Part shown: positions 57,412 through 64,000 of the stretch, in pieces
Layout of the letters: every line of letters starts with the position of its first letter
How positions within the stretch are numbered: the stretch's first letter is position 1
NCBI GenBank assembly: GCA_964393215.1
Contig: CAYMSW010000001.1
Span: forward strand, 7,236-71,235
DNA: 64,000 bases
Direction: 5' to 3'
Source of the DNA: Candidatus Woesearchaeota archaeon
GTDB lineage: Archaea > Nanobdellota > Nanobdellia > SCGC-AAA011-G17 > PNOQ01
The notes under the pieces: generated by a model
What the model saw: only the letters and a program-made list of their open reading frames with translations
Databases searched by the model: none
Told to the model about the DNA's origin: nothing
Position numbers and translations under genes: made by a program

Positions 57412-58322
57412 TCATTCCACAAAAAATAGAGAACTTAATGAAATCCATATCATATAAGACAGGGATTAAAGAGTTCATTCTCTTTGGGGGAAATGTAATA
57501 GATTATTTTTTGTCTAAAAAACTCAATACGTTAGATATAGATATAATAATAGAAGGAACAAATACAAAAAAAATAAATAAAATTATACAAGACTTAAAAA
57601 ATAGAGGTTTTCATGTTTCAAAGAAAAGAAGATATTATATATTAATGGACAAAAAAATATATTTACTTCAAGCTACAAAAGATAAGTTTAATCTAGATAT
57701 AGCTTTTACAAATGAACCAAAGATCTTGCCAGGACCATTTAATGCTTTAAGTATGTATTGCGAATTCCCTGGAAAAATATGCTATGATCCGTATGGGTGT
57801 ATAGATTCTATTAAAAATAAATCATTTTCTTGCATACCTTCTAAAAATTTTAAAAATGAAAATCCATATATTTTAATTTCAAGGTTCATTCTATTATGCT
57901 CAAAATATAATGCAAGTATAAGCCAATCAAAAGAACATAAAAAAATTATAGAAGAATTCAATAAAAAAAAGAAAACTTTTAAAATAGATACAACTTTCAA
58001 AAAAGAAGTTTTTCTCTCATTTATCTCCAAAATATTCAAATCAATTCTCTTGTCAAAAAATAAAAAAAGATTTATCAAAGAGTTAAAAGATTCAGACATA
58101 TTAATAGACACTTTTGATGAACTCAATGAGGCATTAAAAATTGCAGGATCTAAAAAATATGGAAAAAATATACATAAAATAAAAGATAAACTTAATTTAA
58201 TCAACTATTTTGGGCAGATATTGCAATCAAAGAAAAAGAAAAAATACTTTTCAATTATTGGTAAATTATCAAGTAGGGAATGGGATGAAGGAGATAAAAG
58301 TCTAAAAGTTAACAAAAAATAA
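57396..58322 (+). CDS. Divergent class II (CCA/poly(A) polymerase-head-like) nucleotidyltransferase
   Basis: LFGGNVID...LDIDI, LDIA, PFNALSMY, YDPYGCIDSIKNK, ENPYILISRF. Confidence 0.68.
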   Translation: MVKELIIPQKIENLMKSISYKTGIKEFILFGGNVIDYFLSKKLNTLDIDIIIEGTNTKKINKIIQDLKNRGFHVSKKRRYYILMDKKIYLLQATKDKFNLDIAFTNEPKILPGPFNALSMYCEFPGKICYDPYGCIDSIKNKSFSCIPSKNFKNENPYILISRFILLCSKYNASISQSKEHKKIIEEFNKKKKTFKIDTTFKKEVFLSFISKIFKSILLSKNKKRFIKELKDSDILIDTFDELNEALKIAGSKKYGKNIHKIKDKLNLINYFGQILQSKKKKKYFSIIGKLSSREWDEGDKSLKVNKK

Positions 58323-58471
58323 TGATCTTCTTAAGAAAGAAATAGCACAATGAATTTATAAATAAACAGGTCAGAAAGGCCAATTAAGGGAAAATTACAC
58401 CATAAATTATAACCACTTCTGAATAACAACGATAGAAAAACTTATAAATTAACCGTTAGGTTTAAAAGTCT

Positions 58472-60196
58472 ATGACTAATCTAGAAACTATGTTAAATGA
58501 AGAGAATTCGGGAAGAAGAAGGCTGGTTACAGCTGCATTACCCTACATAAATAATGTTCCACACCTTGGCCACATTGCAGGATCTCACCTTCCAGCAGAT
58601 ATTTTTGCTAGATATTGTAGATCTAAGGGGTTTAACACACTATTTATTGGTGCAACAGATGAACACGGATCAGCTTCAGAGATAGCCGCATCACAAGTTG
58701 GCGTAGACTTAAAAACATTCTCAGACAAGTTACACGAAGAACATAAAAAAGTATATGACTGGTTTGGAATTTCCTATGATCATTTTTCGAGAACATCAAA
58801 TAAAACACATAAACAAGTAGTTACTTCTTTTTTCAAGAAGTTAAATGAAAAAGGATTCATTAAAGAGGGTTCAATGCCTGTTTTCTATTCTCCAAACGAT
58901 GATATGTTCTTACCAGACAGATATGTTATTGGAGAATGTCCTAAATGCGAGTATAAAAGTGCAACAGGTGATCAATGTGAAAGCTGCACTTCCCTTTTAG
59001 ATTCCCACGAATTAAAAAATCCAAAATCCACTCTAACTGGAGAAAAACTAGAAATTAGAGAAAGTGAACACTTATTCTTAGCACTAGATCAATTATCTCC
59101 AGAAATAGAACAATGGATAAAAAAACAAACACATTGGAGACCACAAGTAAAAAATTTGGCTATGGGCTGGATTAAAGAAGGACTAAAAGAAAGATGCATA
59201 ACTAGAGATCTAAAAAACGGTATTCCAGTACCTTTGAAGGGCTATGAAGATAAAGTATTTTATGTGTGGTTTGATGCTCCAATGGGATATATTTCTGCCA
59301 CAAAAGAAGCTACAAATGAATGGGAATCTTTTTGGACTGGAGATAGCCAGATTTATAATTTTTTGGGAAAAGACAATATACCTTTTCACACCATTTTTTG
59401 GCCAGGGATGATTATTGGTAGTGAGCAGTTTAATTTACCAACAAATGTTATAGGATTACAATATCTAAATTATGAAGGAAAAAAGTTCTCAAAAAGCAAA
59501 CAAATTGGAGTATTTTGTGAAACCCTTCCAAAATTAGGACTAAGTGCTGATATTTGGAGGGCTTATCTAACTCAAGTCATACCTGAATCAAACGATTCTG
59601 AATTTAAATGGGAAGATTTTATAGAAAGAACCAATTCTGATCTAATTGATAATTTTGGTAATTTTGTTAATAGGATAGTCAAGTTTACTAGCGATAGGCT
59701 AGAGGGAAAAATAGAAAGGCCTGATGAAAACAGGCTTAAAGACTTAGATAAATCCACACTAAATGAAATAGAAGAATACAAAGAAAGAATTGAAGGCTAT
59801 TTAGAAAGGTCTGAAATGAGAAAAGCCTATTCTGAAGTTTTAGCATTATCCAGCCTTGGAAACAAATACATCAATGATTCTGCTCCATGGGTTACTTTAA
59901 AAGAAGATATGCAAAGAACAAACGATATAATCTACATAGGTGCAAGATTACTTAAGGCTCTAACAACATACATCGCACCATTTATTCCAGAAAATTCTGA
60001 AAAAGTATGGAGTCAATTAGGATTAAAAGGATCTCCATTGGATGCCAATGCGTGGGATAATTCTTTATCTGACTTTGAAGGAATACACAAAGTTGGGAAT
60101 CCAGAAATACTTTTCAAAAAACTTGAGAAAGGAGATGAAGGGCATTACAGAGAGGAAGCTTCAAAAGGAACGGACTTAGAAGGTTTTTTTAATTGA
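58472..60196 (+). CDS. metG: Methionyl-tRNA synthetase (catalytic and anticodon domains)
   Basis: ALPYINNVPHLGH, TDEHG, CPKC..GDQCESC, YVWFDA, GKDNIPFH, KFSKS. Confidence 0.95.
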   Translation: MTNLETMLNEENSGRRRLVTAALPYINNVPHLGHIAGSHLPADIFARYCRSKGFNTLFIGATDEHGSASEIAASQVGVDLKTFSDKLHEEHKKVYDWFGISYDHFSRTSNKTHKQVVTSFFKKLNEKGFIKEGSMPVFYSPNDDMFLPDRYVIGECPKCEYKSATGDQCESCTSLLDSHELKNPKSTLTGEKLEIRESEHLFLALDQLSPEIEQWIKKQTHWRPQVKNLAMGWIKEGLKERCITRDLKNGIPVPLKGYEDKVFYVWFDAPMGYISATKEATNEWESFWTGDSQIYNFLGKDNIPFHTIFWPGMIIGSEQFNLPTNVIGLQYLNYEGKKFSKSKQIGVFCETLPKLGLSADIWRAYLTQVIPESNDSEFKWEDFIERTNSDLIDNFGNFVNRIVKFTSDRLEGKIERPDENRLKDLDKSTLNEIEEYKERIEGYLERSEMRKAYSEVLALSSLGNKYINDSAPWVTLKEDMQRTNDIIYIGARLLKALTTYIAPFIPENSEKVWSQLGLKGSPLDANAWDNSLSDFEGIHKVGNPEILFKKLEKGDEGHYREEASKGTDLEGFFN

Positions 60197-60245
60197 CTCT
60201 ACCAAAGATAATTTTATATTATAAATCATTTAACTCAATACAAAA

Positions 60246-60575
60246 ATGGCAAACGAGATAAGTTTCAAAGATTGGCAAAACCTTGACATAAGAGTAGCAG
60301 AAATACTTGATGTACAAGACCATCCAAATGCAGACAAATTATATGTAATAAAAATAAATCTTGGAGAAGAAGAAAGAACAATAGTCGCAGGAATAAAAAC
60401 CAGTTACACAAAAGAAGAACTAAAAGGTAAAAAAATAATAGTTTTCACAAATTTAGAACCTGCAACATTAAGAGGAGTAAAAAGTGAAGGGATGCTTCTA
60501 GCTGCATCAGAAGATAATAAAGTAGTCCTCTTAACAGTAGATAAAGATATTTCACGGGGTTCAAAAATCAGTTAA
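60246..60575 (+). CDS. Stand-alone MetRS C-terminal / Trbp111-type tRNA-binding OB domain
   Basis: LDIRVA, HPNADKL, RTIVAGI, NLEPA.LRGVKSEGMLLA. Confidence 0.92.
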   Translation: MANEISFKDWQNLDIRVAEILDVQDHPNADKLYVIKINLGEEERTIVAGIKTSYTKEELKGKKIIVFTNLEPATLRGVKSEGMLLAASEDNKVVLLTVDKDISRGSKIS

Positions 60576-60805
60576 CTAGAATCCCAAAGAATCATTGTGC
60601 TGGTCAACCTTACTTCTGGCAATTTTCTTATTTTTTCCATAACAAAACTACCAAGCTTTTCAGGGGATTCTGCTTCAATTAAAGCAACAATATCCCACTC
60701 ACCAAAAACAATATTTGCTTTCTGAATTTCAGGAAATTGCTGTATTGCTTCTACAACTGTTTGCTCTTCTTCAGAGTTTGTTGCTATGAATAGATACGCT
60801 TTCAT
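60572..60805 (-). CDS. Lrp/AsnC ligand-binding domain protein
   Basis: AYLFI, VFGEWDIVA, IRKLPEV..TSTMI. Confidence 0.88.
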   Translation of the reverse strand: MKAYLFIATNSEEEQTVVEAIQQFPEIQKANIVFGEWDIVALIEAESPEKLGSFVMEKIRKLPEVRLTSTMILWDSS

Positions 60806-60852
60806 TGTAAAACTGACTATTTAGAAAAATATATAAGATTAATGAAAAAGAG

Positions 60853-60927
60853 TGGCTCGGACCGGATTTGAACCGGCGACCTCTCGATTATCAGTCGAGT
60901 GCTCTAACCAGACTAAGCCACCGAGCC
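60853..60927 (-). tRNA. tRNA-Ile(GAT)
   Basis: Minus strand GGCTCGG...CTCGA-CTGATAA-TCGAG...CCGAGCCA. Confidence 0.93.
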
Positions 60928-61035
60928 ATATTTGAAGAAACCATATTTTCTTTTATAAAACTAACTATTGACTAAAACATCTAAGTAAAATAGTACAAAT
61001 AATTATAAATGAAACAATCGCTTCAGTATAAAGTA

Positions 61036-62268
61036 ATGACGGCGATAGTAGCAGTAGGCACACAATACGGTGATGAGGGAAAAGGAAAGGTTGTCGATTT
61101 TCTTGCAAAGGATGCAGATTTTGTTGTTAGATACAATGGCGGTCCAAATGCCGGCCACACTATAGAAGTTGAAAATATCAAAGCAATTCTACACCAAATA
61201 CCTTCTGGAATTCTATATGGAAAAACATGTGTAATAGGCCAAGGAACAGTTCTAGACCTAGAATCTCTTGAAGATGAAATAAAATCTTTAGAAGATCAAG
61301 GAGTTTCAGTTAGAGACAAACTAAAAATCAGCGGAAACACACACTTAATACTTCCAACACACGTTTCAGATTCCAAAACTGCAAAATCAGAAAGCACAGG
61401 AAGAGGAATAGCACCAACTTACAGTTCAAAATCCTTAAGATTAGGACTAAGAGCACAAGACATAATCAACATTTCAAGAGAAGACCTAGAAGAATCAGAC
61501 ATAAAAGATAGAGAAGATCTAACAGTACATAAAGAATTCTTAAAAAAATTCGAAAACTATTCAGAATCAATAACAAATGTTCCAAAAATTTTATCAGAAG
61601 CACTAGAAGAAGAAAAAAATGTTTTACTAGAAGGAGCACAAGGAACAGGATTAGATATCGATAATGGACAGTATCCTTGCACATCAAGCAGTAACGCAAC
61701 ATCCGGAGGATCAACAGTAGGAACTGGTTTACCACCAACAAAAATAAACGGAGTAATTGGAATTGCAAAAGCATACGTTTCGAGAGTAGATAGAGACGGA
61801 AGCAGCCCGTTAACAACACAAATCAATGGAGGACTCCAAGAAACTCTAAGGGAAAAAGGCGGAGAATATGGAGCAACCACAGGAAGACCAAGAAGAGTTG
61901 GATGGTTCGATGCAGTATTGCTAAGGCATGCAGTGTTAGTTAATGGACTAAAGGGAATTGCACTTACAAAATTAGACATTCTTGACGGATTTGATGAAGT
62001 AAAAATATGCACTCACTACGAATTAGATGGAAAAATGATAGAAGATTTTCCAACAGATGCAATAATCCAAAGAAAATGCAAGCCAGTTTATGAAACATTT
62101 CCGGGATGGAAAGGCAACGTAAAAGGGTGCAAAATCTTTGAAGAACTGCCAGAAGAGGCAAAAGCCTATATAAAAAGAATAGAAGAGCTAGTAAAATGCC
62201 CAGCAATCGTGATTTCTACAGGGCCAAGAAGAGAAGAAACAATAGTTAGAGAAGACATTTGGAAATAA
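61036..62268 (+). CDS. purA: Adenylosuccinate synthetase
   Basis: GTQYGDEGKGK, GGPNAGHT, EGAQG..LD, GATTGRPRRVGW, TKLD, STGP. Confidence 0.96.
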   Translation: MTAIVAVGTQYGDEGKGKVVDFLAKDADFVVRYNGGPNAGHTIEVENIKAILHQIPSGILYGKTCVIGQGTVLDLESLEDEIKSLEDQGVSVRDKLKISGNTHLILPTHVSDSKTAKSESTGRGIAPTYSSKSLRLGLRAQDIINISREDLEESDIKDREDLTVHKEFLKKFENYSESITNVPKILSEALEEEKNVLLEGAQGTGLDIDNGQYPCTSSSNATSGGSTVGTGLPPTKINGVIGIAKAYVSRVDRDGSSPLTTQINGGLQETLREKGGEYGATTGRPRRVGWFDAVLLRHAVLVNGLKGIALTKLDILDGFDEVKICTHYELDGKMIEDFPTDAIIQRKCKPVYETFPGWKGNVKGCKIFEELPEEAKAYIKRIEELVKCPAIVISTGPRREETIVREDIWK

Positions 62269-62275
62269 AAAGAAG

Positions 62276-62350
62276 CGCCCCGGGCAAGATTTGAACTTGC
62301 GATCTCATGGTTAACAGCCATGCGCTTTAACCAGACTAAGCCACCGAGGC
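62276..62350 (-). tRNA. tRNA-Asn(GTT)
   Basis: Minus strand GCCTCGG...CATGG-CTGTTAA-CCATG...CCGGGGCG. Confidence 0.93.
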
Positions 62351-62390
62351 ATAAGATTTTGGTTAACAATTTCGTTTAAAAATCTATTGG

Positions 62391-63473
62391 TTAAGGTAAG
62401 AACTTCTTCACGTCTTTCAACTTCTGAGGCAAATATTTCTCAATAACGTAATTTAGACCATGTGCAGCCAAGGCTTGTTGTTCTACCCTCTCACCTTTCT
62501 TCTGCAACAACTCAAGAGCCTTCTTCCACTCCTTATGTTCTTTCACAAAAGGATCGTTTTTCAAGACATCTTTGATTTTCTTCTTATCTACATCCTTCAA
62601 TGGATGAGTAGGCAACTTATACTTATCAATATCTTCAGGAGTTACACCCAAAAAAGTAGCTTTTGGAACACAAAAATATTTGTTGATGTGAGCAGCATTA
62701 CCGGAACCAACTTTGAGAGTTCTATAGATGCTCATATACCCATAAGGATCACCGTCGGTGAATACATAAACAGGTATTTTTTTCTCATCACTTAACCGCC
62801 TAATAAATCTTCTACAAGCACGAGTAGGAACACCACCCATAGAAATCAAAATACAATTAGCTTTCTTCCAATAATTATGTTTAACCAATCTTTGGAACAT
62901 ACCTGCAGTTTCGATGGCCAAAATAAATTTAGCATCGGTCTCAAATTTCAAATGTTCAACAGAGGTTGGAATAGAATAAGCTCCAGAACCAAATTTAGTA
63001 CAATCAATTTTAATTTCTTTTCCACTAGAAGGATCTTCATCAACAACAACTAATTTCCCAGCAATGTCTCCTCCTTTCTCTTCAGGAATAAAACCAAGTT
63101 GTTCCCTATTAACCATAAACATAGCTTCAATATCGTCCATCACTGCATCAGATTCAACCTGCTCCTTAAATCTAGCATCTCCCCAATTCTTAGAAACATA
63201 ATATGCCTCTCTCTTTGTAGCAATATCATCACTTTCAACAACATTCTTAGAAAGAGCCATCATCTTCAAAGTCTGTGCAAAAGATTTTATTGTGCTAACT
63301 GTCAAAGCCCTCTTCTTCTTCCCACCTTTCAATTCAAAGAAGCCAACTTTTGGATCATAACTAACATTACCTAAAGATCTTATTGGAATTGTAACTTCTG
63401 GTTTCTTCTTTTTATTTATTTTATCATAAACCTTAGTTGCAGTTTCCTTGATTTGTTTAACAGTTTGTTTCAT
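62391..63473 (-). CDS. top6A: DNA topoisomerase VI subunit A
   Basis: TKREAYY catalytic Tyr, AIETAGMFQRL, TDGDPYG TOPRIM, EQQAL. Confidence 0.96.
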   Translation of the reverse strand: MKQTVKQIKETATKVYDKINKKKKPEVTIPIRSLGNVSYDPKVGFFELKGGKKKRALTVSTIKSFAQTLKMMALSKNVVESDDIATKREAYYVSKNWGDARFKEQVESDAVMDDIEAMFMVNREQLGFIPEEKGGDIAGKLVVVDEDPSSGKEIKIDCTKFGSGAYSIPTSVEHLKFETDAKFILAIETAGMFQRLVKHNYWKKANCILISMGGVPTRACRRFIRRLSDEKKIPVYVFTDGDPYGYMSIYRTLKVGSGNAAHINKYFCVPKATFLGVTPEDIDKYKLPTHPLKDVDKKKIKDVLKNDPFVKEHKEWKKALELLQKKGERVEQQALAAHGLNYVIEKYLPQKLKDVKKFLP

Positions 63474-64000
63474 TTTCCAAAAACTTCCTTTTTTCTTTCT
63501 TCCATCAGTTTGTTATAATATTCTTCTATTTCTTTGTTATACCATTTACGTCCTTCTTCCTCATTTTTTCTTTGGAATTCTTTAATTTGTTCATAAAATT
63601 TTTCTTTTTCTTGTTTCATAATCCTTCTAACTATATCAAATCCTTTCTCACTTGCCATCCACATAAAATCAAAATTGTTGAATACTCTTAGAATAGGTTC
63701 ATCTTCAAAGGAATCTCCAAAAGCCCAATTGTCATGTTTCAAAATTAAGCTTTTTATTTCCTCTATTTTCTCAGTAGAATAGTCCAATTCCTTTAGAATA
63801 TTTTCCGCTATTTTTGCCCCTTCTTCAGAATGTAGTTTTCTGATATCCAGATTATAAGGATTGGATCCTTTCGGAACTTTTGAATATCCGACATCATGCA
63901 ACAATACCACAGGCATAAGAATATCTAAATCAATACTATCATCTATAAATTTCGGAACGGTTTCAAAGAGCCAATTAACATGTTCAACATCTCCTTCCCT
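63470..64000 (-). CDS. HD-domain phosphohydrolase (5' partial, frame open to the window end)
   Basis: REGDVEH...LLHDVGY...HSEEGA...ILKHD...FD; the frame continues upstream of the tracked start 63916. Confidence 0.82.
   Translation of the reverse strand, partial: REGDVEHVNWLFETVPKFIDDSIDLDILMPVVLLHDVGYSKVPKGSNPYNLDIRKLHSEEGAKIAENILKELDYSTEKIEEIKSLILKHDNWAFGDSFEDEPILRVFNNFDFMWMASEKGFDIVRRIMKQEKEKFYEQIKEFQRKNEEEGRKWYNKEIEEYYNKLMEERKKEVFGK

Noticed and set aside
52773..60927. tRNA-anchored integrated element or provirus spanning the pilin and AT-rich operon
   Set aside because: No integrase and no duplicated tRNA 3' end (att site) found by eye
1..64000. Additional remote VRs matching the TR, and CRISPR arrays
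   Set aside because: None seen by eye on either strand; an adenine-tolerant computational search is needed to exclude them fully

Overview
AT-rich archaeal chromosome segment, most likely from a DPANN archaeon (Woesearchaeota/Pacearchaeota-like). The evidence is a fused PriS-PriL primase, a streamlined archaeal ribosomal-protein superoperon, Alba, topo VI, FEN1, RtcB/archease and GGTGA/GGAGGT ribosome-binding sites. Most of the window is housekeeping: cdc48, map, polB, fen, glyS, elp3, the L3-SecY-L14e operon, metG, purA, top6A and six tRNAs. The main accessory feature lies between polB and fen: a free-standing NUMOD3-type endonuclease followed by a diversity-generating retroelement (DGR). 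The DGR has a target gene whose variable repeat (VR, 6932-7018) differs from the template repeat (TR, 7412-7498) at 21 positions, 20 of them TR adenines. It also has a 9-bp GCA-loop hairpin, no recognisable avd, and a reverse transcriptase (RT) split by a G9 tract. The RT, the endonuclease, PolB and FEN1 all end in PCNA-interacting (PIP-like) motifs, which suggests a clamp-coupled retroelement (inference). Other notable items are an AT-rich kinase / PLP decarboxylase / class II nucleotidyltransferase operon next to a pilin, an ArcC-ArcE-like-ArcB arginine catabolism cluster, a protamine-like protein made only of A/T/K/R, and a fused primase with no Fe-S cysteines. All alignments and counts were done by eye; no database searches were run.
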